Assembly (NCBI GenBank): GCA_965113315.1
Contig: OZ220363.1
Source of the DNA: Podarcis vaucheri
Taxonomy: Eukaryota
Length of the DNA stretch: 64,000 nucleotides
Strand: one strand, 5' to 3'
A program made the translations under genes and the position numbers. This document shows, one piece after another, positions 40,479 to 54,218 of the stretch. Position 1 is the first letter of the stretch. Each line of letters begins with the position of its first letter. Under the pieces are notes generated by a model. It saw nothing but the letters and a program-made list of their open reading frames with translations. It ran no database searches and was not told where the DNA came from.

Positions 40479-40704
40479 CAGTGGTACCTCGGGTTAAGAA
40501 CTTAATTCGTTCTGGAGGTCTGTTCTTAACCTGAAACTGTTCTTAACCTGAAGCACCACTTTAGCTAATGGGGCCTCCTGCTGCCACTGCGCCGCCGGAG
40601 CACGATTTCTGTTCTCATCCTGAAGCAAAGTTCTTAACCCGAGGTACTATTTCTGGGTTAGCGGAGTCTGTAACCTGAAGCGTATGTAACCCAAGGTACC
40701 ACTG
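40479..40704. mobile_element. Tc1/mariner-type MITE, opposite orientation to 39173
   Basis: TIR CAGTGGTACCT, TA TSD. Confidence 0.92.
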
Positions 40705-41697
40705 TATGTGTGTCTTTATGCCAACTCATAAAATAAACCCACACCATTGTGGAAAGGCAATATAAATTATGCTAATGCACAATAAGAGCATTACATAAGG
40801 GAGGGGCCCACTGTCTCCTCAAAAGCACACAAAGGATGTAGAAGGGCCTAGTATTGCTTTGATGAGTGATGATGAGATTAGATAAGATGAAGGAGCTTGA
40901 TTAGGCAGGCAAAGCTGAGGATGGGAATGGCCAGCACCACTTTTTCCAAACATGCCTCAGACCTTCCACCATCCTCTGCCCTGCCAAGGAAACTGGGAGC
41001 AGAAAGGTCTCTAAAAAGTGTCACAGCTCCTCCAGGAAAAGGGAATGACACTGCATTAATGATGGGGGACCCCAGTCGCACAAAAACAAGAAGTGGAAAA
41101 CATGTGGAGCAATGATTCCAGCGAGAGATGATTAATGCATAAAGGCAGGAAGCTGTGACTGAAGTATTTCAAAATAATGGTTTTTACGACCATAGTCTTT
41201 GTTAATGGCTACCAGAAATACAGGGAAATTCCCTGTTGGCACCAATGGGTGTTTTGAAGGGATGTGCACTGGCTGCAGAATTCAATACGTCTCTCTAGCT
41301 TTGGGAAACATCTAAATCTATTTCAGAGCCACTCCGTGTCTTTCCTATTCATTCTTCATGATCCACTTAGATGTATTTTTTCTTAAAAATAAACTCTGTT
41401 CCCCTTCCCCATTCACTATGATGGGGGATTTTAAAATGGCTTTAACATCTGCTCTATTTCATCTGGGGTGGGGTGAACGTGTGGCCTGGGTTGTGTGTGG
41501 CCTAGACAGACCAAGGCCACAAAACTACTTAGAAGCTTATGGAGTTCCTGATCTGCCTCAAGGCATATTACTACTAACCTGATCCAACTCAGAAACGTAA
41601 GCTCACCTAGAAATTTAGGGTGTACACAGAGCTGATGCGCTCACCTAGCATTTCTGCCCACTGCAAATACTAGTTTGAGGGGAAGATTTTTCCTCAG

Positions 41698-41961
41698 TGT
41701 TAAGTTGTGGGTGAACATATCAGATGACATAGCGATTCTTCAAACAGCTTTTGTTTATTCACAGGCCAGAACAGAACTGAACTGAAGGGTTCAGCCAGCC
41801 TGCTTATATAGAGCTCAACTACAATGCAACAGTAACCACTTTCTGTAAGTATCCAATCACTGAACGTCACTTTCAATTCCTTATTTGCATATGTGGACCT
41901 GAGTGAAAACTATCTACAGTATCCCCCTGCTGGCCCAAGGTGAGAACTTCAGTACATAACA
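41698..41961 (-). mobile_element. Solo LTR (264 bp)
   Basis: TGTTA...TAACA termini, 5-bp TSD CTCAG (41693-41697, 41962-41966); on the minus strand TATATAA is followed by AATAAA. Confidence 0.88.
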
Positions 41962-44900
41962 CTCAGGACTACAGTTTGACAGAGCAGAGTTAAATTCTCC
42001 TTCTATGCTCTGCTCAGATCCTGTCAATTTCCCAGTTGGTAAATTTTGCATTTTGATAAAAACCTCACACCTTTGCAGTAGTTTTGCCCTAAGTGATGTA
42101 GCGTTTTCTTGCACTAGCACAGTGTTTGGCACTAAACCACATCTAACAGAGAGGACTTTTATCCTAAAGAAAAAGGAAGCTTTCAGTTTGGTACATGTTT
42201 GCAATGGCTAACAATTACATTTACTCGGTACACTCTTTTTGGGGGCTGGGATGGGAATGGTAAACTAAAGTCTTTCTTCCATTATGGAGAAAGGAGGTGA
42301 CAAAATGAGATTCAAAACTGAAGTTCTCTAGATTTCTTAGTTTGCTTAGATATGTGTTGATTATTCTTGAAACAAAATCCCTAGTTTATAGATGAAAAAA
42401 ACAGAAAACAAGAAGTAAAATGGTGGATGGAAGGCCTGAAGGAAAAGGCAAACAGAGTAGGAATGAAGAGGCAGTCTCTTTATCTAGCTTTTCTAAGCAC
42501 TTGTATTATGAATAATGGTTTAAAAAAAATTCTGCTGTTTATCTAGCCATTAGTTGAGTAAACACTGCAGCCCTAATATTTTGTTAAAATTACATTTATA
42601 TCACATATTTCTTCCATCACAAAGCTTAAGGCAGCGTATATGTGGTTTGAAGGAGGTCTCCTAACCAGGAACTACCCAGACCAGTTCACTTCTGCAAGCC
42701 AATGGCTTAATGTGCCTTCAGACCAGGTCACACGTTGCTGCTGAAGCTAACAGGTGCAATCCTGTGCACACTTACCTAGAAGTGGGTCTCATCCAACTCA
42801 GATTTGCCTTCATAGTCCCGACCTATGGGTGAAATTAACAAACATGTTTTCCCTTTGTAAGGTATAACTGAGTGAAAGGCAGAGAGTGTTGTGTGTTGGG
42901 AGGAAAGCAAAAGGCAATTACTTTAGGTTTGTAGTTTTCTACAGAATCCGGAATTTAATAGATGACTCCCCCACCCCGCTAATTTATGGCGTTCTGTCGC
43001 CTCATTTCAATCTGCTGCTTTTATAATTCAAATACTAATATTACAGGTGAAATAATAGACTTTGTTGACTCAATGTATCTCTCACAGAATGTGTAAATCC
43101 ATCCGTTCTATTTCCGTCAGGCATGGCTGGGTGAACAACCTCTATAAATAAGCAAAGAAGTGACATGAATAATTCCGCCTTGAATTAAGGGCCAATGCTA
43201 TCCTCATGTGACTTGAGTGAAGACCTACAATAAACCTGGTGCCATCAGCAGTGCCCCTGTGCAAGAACTGCGTGCCAGAAGCCCCAGCTAATAATTAAAG
43301 GTTCACCATGTGTCAGAAGTCCCAGCTAATAATTAAACTTATTTTCGATCTTACAACAATCACTGTATCCATGGTTCAGATTCAGTGCTGCAGTGAATTC
43401 TCTTTGGAGCCAAAGGAACTTATGTTTTGCTAATGAGGAATCAAGCCTTTGTTTTACAGCCAATATATTTGTATATATTTTTAAAATATAGTTACTGATT
43501 CTTTTAGATCAACATCATTTCATAGATACGGCGTGTTTTCTTCTCTAGTTATATAAAAAATATAGCTTGATGCATGTATTTTTATGTAGCTTGGCAACAT
43601 TTTAATATATTGTACCTGATATGAAACACCATGACTATGTACTTCTTAATGCAATAAACAAATAAATAATACAGATAGTATTTTGAATATTCAAAGTCCT
43701 AATTTGCAGGCAAAGAAGACAAAAACCAGACACTAATTTTATACATCTGTGAATCCATTCTTTCATGTCAAAGAAGGCATGTTTTATTCATGCCACAGTG
43801 ATAAATTAATCATTTTTTTGTTAATACGGATGTTTAGTTACATCTGAAATGTATGTAACATTTCGTTATATGAACACACATTTGATTCTTCTGCATCAAA
43901 TTGAGTGGGATCAAGGGTGCTTAACTTTGACTGGATTATGCCTCGGAAGTTAAAATGAAATTCAGTCTAAGTCACTCCTCTGAGCAGACCTGAAATTATT
44001 ATTTTCGGATGCAACCAGAAATGGACAGAAAATATGAAATACTGTAAAAGTGCAAAAGCGCTCAGAGTGTTTTTGCTTTGGTAGTTGGTGGAATGGGGCA
44101 TTGCTTCCATGATCAGAATGTAACCAAAAAAGGAAGCGTTTGGTATGAAGAAAGGCTGTTCCTCTGGATCAGATTAATCACAACCCAGCTCTCTTCCTGC
44201 CTTCTGGTGTACGCTGCATGAAAACAGGATGGCATTTTGATGGATCCAGACAATTTTGTTCTTTTGGTAACTCTTTTAAAGGGTGCAGCAGTGGGAGGCA
44301 GAGTGGAAATGTGATCAGAAATGAGGAATGTCAACAATGTTGCTCAGTACTCGGAGATTTGCTCTTGGAAAGGTTATTGCATTTCTATAGTAGTAAAAGT
44401 AGTGCAAAACTATAAATGGGAAAAGAAACTCAGTGCAAAGGATAAGAGCTTGCAGGCTGAGGTGACTCCCTTAACCAGCACTCAGAATAACAACACATTA
44501 ACATCTATGAATGTGCCTTGGGAAAAGAAGCACAACATGTTCACTTTCCAGAGAAGGCCTGTTGGGTCCTCTGCTAAAGGTCAGCTCAGCTCCTCTGGGA
44601 AAGAGGCAGATTGACATGTAAAAAAAGTTCATGGCACAACTGCCTTGTGAGGTGGGCCTGTTGTGCATGTAGCGTTTTCTATATAGCTGTCACCATTTCA
44701 CTCTTTTAAACCTCTGGATCTAATCAGCAGAGAACCCCAAATAGTTGTTAGGTTAGGTAGCAGCCAATGTCCCTCTCCCATATCTTCACAGGGCAATGAG
44801 CTGCTTTATTTATTTATTTGGAATTCCCCTTACACAGATAAATAGCATGAAGCCCACAGGTCCCAGTACATGGGAGAAATGGAGTCCCTCCAGCCTGACA

Positions 44901-45737
44901 CGGAATGCGAATTACTGTGTGTTTCTTCATACATTTTAAGAGAATGCAGTCTTTTGCGAGCAATGTGGCAAGCTGCCCTCACTGCAGGCCCCTAGGGCAA
45001 ATACGTATTTGCATTCTCAGACTGTTCTGAAAGTACAATAGAAGATGCTTTGATCTTCCATACAAGTTAGGACAGCTGCGGAATAGATGCAAACTCCTCT
45101 CGGTTTTCCCAGTTCTCCACCTCGCATCAAGGAAACTGGGAACGGCAGAGGTGAATGTTAAAATAAACCATGCCAAACGCATTCTAGGGCAGAACCTGTA
45201 ATCAGGAGCGTATTGGAAGGACTATTGTTCTCAAATGTTCGCTGAGAACAAGTCAAACAGGTCAGGTTATAGTCGTCAAGAATGATCGCAGGAGAAATAT
45301 GTTCCACATTGTAACGCAAGTGATTAAGGTCTGAACTTCTTGACGAATGGGAGCAGTTCAGTTTAAGGAAAGGGGAATTTTAACTAAAGCCAATCAACTT
45401 CTACATCCTGGTCTGGCTGCCCAGACATAGAGGCCTGGCTGAGACATACAAAACTATGGATAGGGATATGCCCTGTGCTCATGTCCTCCTTCAGTCTCCT
45501 CTCCTCATGGATGCTACTTCAGTTATCTACTTCCTTATTTCAATCAAATCGCAGTGAGCTGTTACCAAGCCCCCAATCTACCTTTCATGCTCACCTGCCA
45601 AACTAGGATTGCAAATGACTTTAGAGAGATTGAGGCCTGTTTGCTTTTTTCCAGCTTTCTAAGCTGTTGTTTGAGAAGCTGAGGAAGTATTTCAAATTAA
45701 ATAAAATATATTTTAATGAATACTTCATACCCGACAA

Positions 45738-46146
45738 TATTTCTCTGATGAAAATAGGGACATCCTATTTAACAACAACAACAATTTTATTATTTATACC
45801 CCGCCAATCTGACTGGGTTGTCCTAGCCATTCTGGGCAGCTTCCAGCATATATAAGAACATAACAAAACATTAAACATTAAATAACCTCCCTATAGAGAG
45901 CTGCCTTCAGATGCCTTCTAAAGGTTGTATAGTTATATTTCCTTGGCTGGTGGGGTCACATAACTCCACACCCTCCAGTATTTCTCTGATGAAAATCGGG
46001 AGGTTCTACCATACCCTCCAATATTAATTTGATTAAAATAGGGACGTCTTAAGGAAAAATGGGACATTCCGGGATCAGATCAGAAACCGGGACAGCTTCT
46101 GTAAATCCAGGACTGCCCCTGGAAAATAGGGACACTTGGAGGGCCT
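45738..46146. mobile_element. Non-autonomous DNA-transposon fragment (AAAATAGGGAC repeats) interleaved with an L2 tail
   Basis: Repeated GATGAAAATAGGGAC; end ...GGGACACTTGGAGGG is the reverse complement of the copy at ~55545-55673. Confidence 0.55.
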
Positions 46147-46299
46147 GATACTTTAAAAAGTGCAAAGTCCATCTAATTTAGACTACGTCTTGTGACATAT
46201 GCACCCGCTTCTGAGCACTGAAAAGTTCCAAGTACATCATTACAGAGCTTTGTTTCCTTTTAGATGAGGAAGCACTGAAGATGTGGGGTGACTGTAATA

Positions 46300-46657
46300 C
46301 AGTGGTGCCTCGCAAGACGAAAAGAATCCGTTCTGTGATTCTCTTCGTCTAGCGGTTTTTCCGTCTTGCGAAGCAAGCCCATTGACGGATTAGCAGATTA
46401 GCGCTATTAGCGCTATTAGCGCTATTAGCTCTATTAGCGGCTTTTAGCGGCTTATCTGCTGATCGGATCAGCTGATAAGTGGCTTAGCGGCTTAGAAGGG
46501 GGGGGAGGGAAAAAACCAGCAGGAACTCGCAAGACATTGTCGTCTTGCAAAGCAAGCCCATAGGAAATTCGTTTTGCGAAGCACCTCCAAAACGGAAAAC
46601 TCTTTCGCCTAGCGAGTTTTCCGTCTTACGAGGCATTCGTCTTGCGGGGCACCACTG
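46300..46657. mobile_element. Tc1/mariner-type MITE (CAGTGGTGCCTCGCAAGACG family) with internal (ATTAGCGCT)n
   Basis: TIR CAGTGGTGCC(T/C)CGCAAGACGAA, TA TSD; related to 61236. Confidence 0.88.
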
Positions 46658-46660
46658 TAT

Positions 46661-46784
46661 TTAGCTAATAGCGCTAATAATGCTAATCCGCTAATACGTC
46701 AATGGGCTTGCTTCGCAAGACGAAAAAACCGCTAGACGAAGAGAATCACAGAACGGATTCTTTTCGTCTTGCGAGGCACCACGG
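46661..46784. mobile_element. Inverted partial copy of the left arm of the preceding MITE
   Basis: Reverse complement of ~46300-46425 (e.g. GAAGAGAATCACAGAACGGATTCTTTTCGTCTTGCGAGGCACCAC). Confidence 0.85.
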
Positions 46785-47564
46785 TATTTGCAAATACATA
46801 AGCAGAGCATAGTGCAGAAAAATATTCTCCTGTGAGCAAACAGCATAGTCATTAATCCTGCAACACGCTTTCCAAGAGAGCAGCTACATTCCCCCAATGA
46901 GAAAGGCACTCCTTGGGTGTTTCAGCTCTAGGAAAGCCACAGCTTTAAATTTCTAAGTGCAAACTTGCTATTTTTCACACATGCACAGACACACACACCG
47001 GAAAGGTACACACTTCCCCAATGTGCTTAGATGCCTGCTTTAGGAATTATGTGATCATATTTGGAGCAGAAGTTGCCTTTTTGGAGCATCAGCTGCAAAC
47101 CTGACCAGCACACTGGTTTCTCTAACTTTATTTATGAATATTTATGAATATATTATATTTATTTATGAATAAATGTAAAAGCATGGGGCGGGGAGCTCAC
47201 TTATTAGATCGCTCCACTGTGAGAGTTGTCCATTTATTCCTAATTCCTGCTTTCTGCCCTTTAACAAGTTATTGATCCATAGGAGGACTTATAATCTTAT
47301 CCCGTGATTGCTGAGTTTATTCCGGAGCCTATTTGAGGGACTTCATTGAGGAAACTTTCTTCATTTTTTTAGAAGACAGGGTATAAAGATATAGAAACCT
47401 GTCCTTATTGTAACTTGTCAACAAGAAGTTATCAAGGTCAGCTTTTCTCTCTTGATAACTTGCATATTGTAAAACAGCAGCTATGAGCTGCATATTTTAA
47501 AAATTATTTGAGCTAAATTAGTTGTCATTTGAATCAGGCTTATTTCTAACTCAGTAATATCCCA

Positions 47565-47962
47565 AGGGAGGCCCCTCTCTTGGTCCTGCCACCTTCCCTG
47601 GCACACTTGGTGGGGACACAATAAAGGGCCTTCTCGGTGGCTGCTCCCAGACTCTGAAATTCCCTCCCTGGAGAAGCTCAAATGACTCCCTCCTTGATGT
47701 CCTTCCACCAATAGGTGAAGCCTTTCTTGTTCCAACAGGCTTTTGAGAACTGACTGTTTTTAATTAAAGGGATGGTGACATGCTGTTTTTATTGTAATCA
47801 TTTGTATTTTAAAAAACAAGTTTTATATATGTATACAGTTTTAATAATTCTATCAGTGTTTAATTGTTTTATAATGACTGCTTTTTCTATTTTATTTTAT
47901 TTTTTAAAAATCTGTGAGTTGCCTTGGGTCCTGCCAGGAGAAAAGGTGAGGTATAAATAAAT
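47565..47962 (+). mobile_element. L2 LINE 3' fragment
   Basis: AGGGCCTTCTCGGTGGCTGCTCCCAGACTCTG (RAFSVAAPRL) and a GGTATAAATAAATA tail. Confidence 0.75.
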
Positions 47963-47963
47963 A

Positions 47964-48189
47964 CAGTGGTACCTTAGTTTACTAACTTAATCCATTCCGG
48001 AAGCCCGTTCTTAAACCAAAATCGTTCTTAAACCGAGGCGCGCTTCCCCTAATGGGGCCTCCTGCCACCCAGTGCCCTTCCACCCTTCAGATTCCGTTCT
48101 TAGACTGAGGTAAAGTTCTCAAACCAAGACACTATTTCCGGTTTTGCGGAGTTTATAAACCAAATTGTTCTTAAACTGAGGTACCACTG
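47964..48189. mobile_element. Tc1/mariner-type MITE, related subfamily
   Basis: TIR CAGTGGTACCT(T/C)AGTTTA; 5' TA. Confidence 0.85.
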
Positions 48190-50325
48190 TCTATAATAAT
48201 TCTAACATCACTAAGGGATCGATCCTATGCACAAGAAGTTGGCATAAAGCAAGATGGTGTAAATTAAGCCAGAAGAAAGGAATACCAGATTCAAACCCCA
48301 TTTAGCATCAGACCTGCCGCTGCTCTGCCTGAGCCTGACAGAGGGAAAACAAACATTTAAAACAGTGTTTTATGCTAGGATGCCTGGCCACATGGCAAGC
48401 TGAACAGGGTTACCTAGCCTAATTCCCCCCTCTGTGGCCATGACTCCCTTGGCCCCAGAATGTGCCTTTTGGGGGATTTACACCAGCATTGGCTCAGCCA
48501 GCTAAGCTGGTATGAGCAAGTTATGCTGGTGTGTCTTTGGCTGAGTTGGGGACTTAACGCTGGCTGAGCCGGAGATCTCTTGCATCTTAAGCTGCTCATT
48601 TTAGCGAATCTTGCCGTAGGATTGTCACCTAATTAAAAGATTATGATATCAAATCTACTGTATATTTTGGTAAGTTGTTTGCTCATTTGGGGTTTATTGT
48701 AGCTAAATTTTGCATGATGTTTCTCGAGATCAAGTTGCAGGTTTTCAGCTATGTTTGAATACAACTGGACACCATTTTGAATCAAGAAGAGAGACGGAAC
48801 CTTTCAAAACAGTCCTGATCTCAACCAAATTTTGCATGATAGTTCTTGAGACCAAAGAGTGGGTTTTCATCTTAAGTGTGGATACAGTCAGATGCCAATA
48901 TGAATCAATAATATTTGAACTTTTCAAAACTGCACTTTTTAAATTATTTCTTAGAATTCCCAAGCAATGTTGGGTATGAGGCTGCTAGTATTATAAAATA
49001 TCCCTTTATAAAAAAAGAAAATTAAGTTAGTGCTTACTTGAATAAAGGCATAATCAAGTAAATTAGCATAAACTTTCATTTTCCTATAATATGTTTCTTC
49101 TTGATATTACTGCTAATTACTTAATGCCATTGTTCTAGAACCTACTGCCCCTTCAAAGGCTCATTTTCAAACTTCTCCATTGATCCTAAAGTTGTCCCAA
49201 TTCTTCATCTGTAGAAGATTCCACTTCCAAGTTTCCTTTATGTTCTTGAAGAATGCAATAAAGAAAGAATTTCATCACTTACCAAAAAATCATGTTGACG
49301 GTGACAAATTAAATAAGGAATTAAGTATGTATGGTAATTTCAATAATCCACATTACTAGGAGTGGATTTTTCTGTTGGAACTGCTTTCGAGAGTGGCTCA
49401 CATGAACCATGGAATTTATTTGAGAGACGCCAGATTGTGAGTAGCATTGATGGGTGTGCGTGTATATAGATAAATAGATATTTGCAGATACTGCAGCCTA
49501 CATGCTGAAAGGTGACATCATTTGGAAAGTCAGCAGCCTGTGAACCAAGTCAGAGACTCTTATGCTGTTTCCAAACTGTTTAAACATTAGGATAAGAACT
49601 TTGAGGTTTCTTGCTTTGTGAAAGTGTAATATTTGCCCAGCGTGAGTTGAAAGCTGTCTAAGCATGATAGCTACCATGAGTGCTTGCTGCTAACTTTTTA
49701 CTTATGGTAATTTCCTAATAACCAATTGATTTCTGTTGCTAATGTGGCAATTTGTTAAAGCTCTCAAGACAAGAAAAGATTAAAAGAAGAGGAACGAGCC
49801 CATGTGGCTATCCGAAGATCACATTTATGAACAGTGGGGTGGCCAGCAGAAGAATTTTCTGAAGTGCAGAAATGACGCCTCGCTTTCAAGCCAAGGATTG
49901 TGGACATGCCACAGAGTACTAACAACTGTCTGAGGGCATCAGGGCTTTTCATTAAGCAGAATTGATGCAGCTTAATTTTTAAACCAGCACTTCTGTCATT
50001 CATGCACAGTGAGCTCCATTTACACCGCACAAGATTATTAAGGGCAGCTACTCATACTTAGCATCCATAAATTGGCATCCATTTTCAACACACGATTAAA
50101 ACAAACAAACAACTAATGGCCTGATGCTAAGAAGAGTTGTCTGAGGCCTGGTCTACACACACCAGAATGAGGTGATTCCACGCTGTGGTGCTAGAAGGGA
50201 CTGCTTCCCTCACTGAGGGTGAGTGGGGAGAGGGCGAGGAGAGGAAATCACAGTGTAAAAACTCCATGCAAGTAAAATAAATCCCTAGCAAATAAAAAAT
50301 TAGCAGGCAAAGGACCAGAATAGAG

Positions 50326-50543
50326 GCAAGTAGATAAATAGGTACCGCTCTGGCAGGAAGGTCAATGGTGTTTCCGTGTGCTGCTCTGGTTCGCCAGAAG
50401 CGGCTTAGTCATGCTGGCCATATGACCCGGAAGCTGTCTGCGGACAAACGCCGGCTCCCTCAGCCTATACAGTGAGATGAGTGCACAACCTCAGAGTCGT
50501 CCGCAACTGGACCTAACGGCCAGGGGTACCTTTACCTTTACCT
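50326..50543 (+). mobile_element. Sauria SINE, 5'-truncated
   Basis: Reverse complement of the tail half of 7910-8260; ends GGTACCTTTACCTTTACCT. Confidence 0.88.
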
Positions 50544-50645
50544 ATATAGTTGTCTATTTGTATAGAAGATGCATTCATTTTTTAACACTAGGGGCATTCA
50601 AAAGTGGTATTCCTGCACTGCAATATGATGTGGTACAGTCCTTTG

Positions 50646-50770
50646 CAGTGCTATTTTTTTACAAAAGAAGTGCTGGAACTCACCCTGAACGCCTCCCTTG
50701 TTCTCTTATAATGGCAATGGCGCCCATCTGAGAGGTGTCAGAACTGAGTTCCGGCTGAAGAAAAGCCCTA
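50646..50770. mobile_element. hAT-like MITE (GGAACTGAGTTCCGGC family)
   Basis: CAGTGCTATTTTTT...AAAAGCCCTA imperfect TIRs; a related end lies at ~39960-40010. Confidence 0.5.
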
Positions 50771-53700
50771 GTCCTTTCTATCATGTCAGCATTCTACCTC
50801 TACCACTTTCATTTGCTGCCTGAAGCAGTGGCTCCGAGATTCTCAGTGAGGCAATTGAGGAATTTGTTGGACCCACATTCTTGGCAAAGTTTGAGTTCCA
50901 ATAGAAATCAAATCCCCACTCAGCCATCATGCTCACTGGCTGATCTTGGGCTAGTCACTATCTTATCCTACTTCACAGGGCAGTTGTTGAGATAAAATAG
51001 GGTGGGGAAGAACTACATAGACCAGTCTGAACTTATTGAAAGAATGACATGTAATAAGTAAGTAAGCCATTGCTTTCCCCAGTGCCTCTTCAGCCCACCC
51101 ACAGGCTGTTTATACTACCAGGCTCTTACAAAAGGCAGTAACATAATCCATCCAACCACTGTGATAGTGTTGTGATAACAACCCATATCAGTTTCACTCT
51201 GTGGTTTTAGAGGATCTGCAACCAGCCAAAAAGAAAAGAAGAAACTCCTGTTGCCATAATGACCTCTTTCCTTTCAGTTCAGACTCCATTCTCTAAAGGG
51301 TTGAAGAAAGCACAGTACTTCTTTCTTTCTTTTAGTACACTGAAGGAAGTATTTATGACACAACCTTTTTTTCCTTTTCAGAACTCTGTGTGTGCAGAGG
51401 AGCACGTATTTGGGTGGCTGCACTGTGTCTTTAATTACTGTGATTAGACATGGTAACAGATCAATTGTGCATGCTGTGATTACGAGGCCAAACAGATCTC
51501 AACGTGCACAGAACCACTACGGAATGAAAAACAGTGTGGCCCTAAAGCAAGTCACTAGGATGCAATATAAAAAGTAGAGCAAAGTCATAGCATTACTTTG
51601 ACACTGAGTGCTTGAAACGCAGAGTTATCAATCCAGCAGCTCACCCTCTCCTTCCCAAGCTTTATTTCTGGACTTTAGTAGGCCATTCTCCTTTACTTGC
51701 TTGCTTGCCCTTGTCTACCCCTGGTTCTCATAAGGAGATCATAGACAGAAGGACCTCAGAACTCATGTAGCCTAGCTCATTGCAGGTTGCATGATGAAGG
51801 CCTCTGTGCAGGCAGGCAGGGCAGACCAGACTCTTCTTACTAGTCTGTTATTTTGTGGGTAACACACCTGTATTATTACAGCCTGACCCATGTTTTCCAA
51901 ATTAACAGAGTTGCTCATTATGCTGGGAGATCGGTGATTGATTGCCTGGCCTTTTCCTGACCTTTCCCAACAAACAAGCACACTCGGGACCAGACACAAC
52001 ATGCCATCACTAAGTAGGGCAATGCCTCTTGCTTAGGAGGCGGATCAGATCTGCCAACAAATCTCAACAGGGACTCAGTTGGAAGTGTGGGGAGCATTTT
52101 CATCAGTAACCCACCCAAACCATGAGTGCAATGGCTAAAGGGCATGGATGGAGCAGGCTGATGGCCTGGTGAGAGGCTCCCTAGAGGGCATTTATGCACA
52201 GTGAATTCAAGGAGGGGTGGCAAACTGTTGTGGGTATGTATGCTCTTTATCTTCAGCTCCAAAAGAAGCTACTCTCAGAAGTCATCATGGCTGAGGGGCG
52301 CTGCTGGTGCTGGTAATCTGATCAAGGGAGTGGCAGGGATGTCTAGGAAGCTGATCAGACGCTATCGCTCGTCCTTTACAAGCGTTTTTGCAGGAAGGGC
52401 GCTTGCACAAGACTGAGGGGGGTGTCATTTGTGTGGAATCAGCAGCAGCCTCCCTGTAGCAGGCATTCTGAGGGCAAAGGCAGAGAGATGTCCTACGTGG
52501 GGAGGAAGTGGTTTCGACACACGTTCTCTGTCCTGAAAACAAATGCCTCGGAATGTGGTGAGCTTGTGTTGAAACCACGTCCGCCACATTTCAGAATATA
52601 TGCTTGTGTCGTTCAACTGAGTGCCCTAGGAGCAGATTCAGCCATACCCAGATAGTAAAAAATAAAAAAAGTTTGAAAGCGAAGGCAGCTGTGTCCTATT
52701 TGCCAGTCTCAGTCAGGATGCAGCTTGAGCTGTCGTGTGCATGCTGCTGTTCACACTCTTGAAGCTGAAGTGAAAGCTGCTACAGGAGGCTGAGACCGTG
52801 GGGGATCTCGTTATGAGAAAGCTGGAGAATGTCCGTAATTCAAAGTAAATTAAGACATGATGAAAAGTAGTCATCATTTAGGCTTGCTTTTAAGATGGGT
52901 TTGCAAAGGCACTGTTCAAAAATCAGCAGGCAATTAATATAAAACAGACGGGATGCGTGAACGTACATGCAAAGACTCAAATAGTCCTATTTAGGCTTGG
53001 GTCTTTGGAGTTAAATAAACATGCCTCTCCATCACTGCCACTACTGCCCGTGGATTGGAAGGCAACAGTCTGCAGCAGAGAACCTGCAGTACTCATGTAG
53101 CTCCCCTGAATGCAATGCAGAACTCTGAATTTCCACCGAGATAACATGTTGCAGGTATGGTTCTACTCTGTCAGTTCTTGGTCTCATTTTTAAGAGTTCC
53201 AAAGTTTGAAAAGGCACCTATCTTTTAACAATGATACCTCAAAATTACAACAATCTGGCTTTAGCACCTGAAGTGGTCTTCCACTCCCATCACACCATCC
53301 GTGACACTTATAAATAGAGGCTTTTATTGGTGAAATATGTATGTATCTCACAGCAGAGTGGCTGCATGGCATGCGGTATATCTATCAGTAGGATTTAGTG
53401 TTCAGTTTCTGAAACACTAGAGCACAATATGGAAGGAGGTAGGGGGGGTGCTGAAGAAAAGCATATTTAAAAATAAACCTAGATCTTAACACAATCAAAT
53501 GTGATTTATAGCAAGTCTCTGTTTCTCTCTTTTCAAATTTAAGCACCGGCGCTGGAAGCTGTTCTTTAAGTTGCCACTATAAATCAAGGAGGACAGGCAA
53601 AACCCTTCCAAGACAAGGGAATACACTTATTGAATTTCACTTGCTCAGATTTCAAATTGACACTATTTACATACAAGACGTGATTTATTCGTTGCAGATT

Positions 53701-54218
53701 TCCCCCATTTAATGTGTTGTTACTTTTCAAGCCTGGAACATATCACTGTAAATAAGAGCACTTGTACACTCAGGTGCTAGGAGATAGGTCTGCTGCACGC
53801 AACACTCTGGATAACAGAGCCCTGAAATGTGAGCAGGCCATAGAAGATACAGAATGTACTTGAGAGGAGTAACAGTGTCAAAGGAAATCATCCCTCCAAA
53901 TGCTTAAGTCATATGAGCAAGATCATACACTAAGAACTGTGGAGAAAGCAAATTCTACTGCTGCACCACAGCGGAAACTGTGAAGTCAGAGGCAGGTCCT
54001 AGGTATGCCCCGAGGCCACACCTTACTAAAACTAAGTAGGTCTGGGTCTGGTCATTGCCTGAATGGGACCCGGGCCCCCATTGGAACCACATGCGTACCA
54101 CCTTGTGTTTCAGGGTGGTAAAAAAGGAGAGATATAAATGTAATGAAATAAAATATACTTTGCTGTAGACCACACTACAATGATCCTCCAATGTACCATG
54201 CTCTGCACTTAACAACTA

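Noticed and set aside
46395-46495. CRISPR-like or regularly spaced repeat array
   Set aside because: Short tandem ATTAGCGCT/TTAGCGGC units with no unique spacers, inside a MITE in a vertebrate genome.
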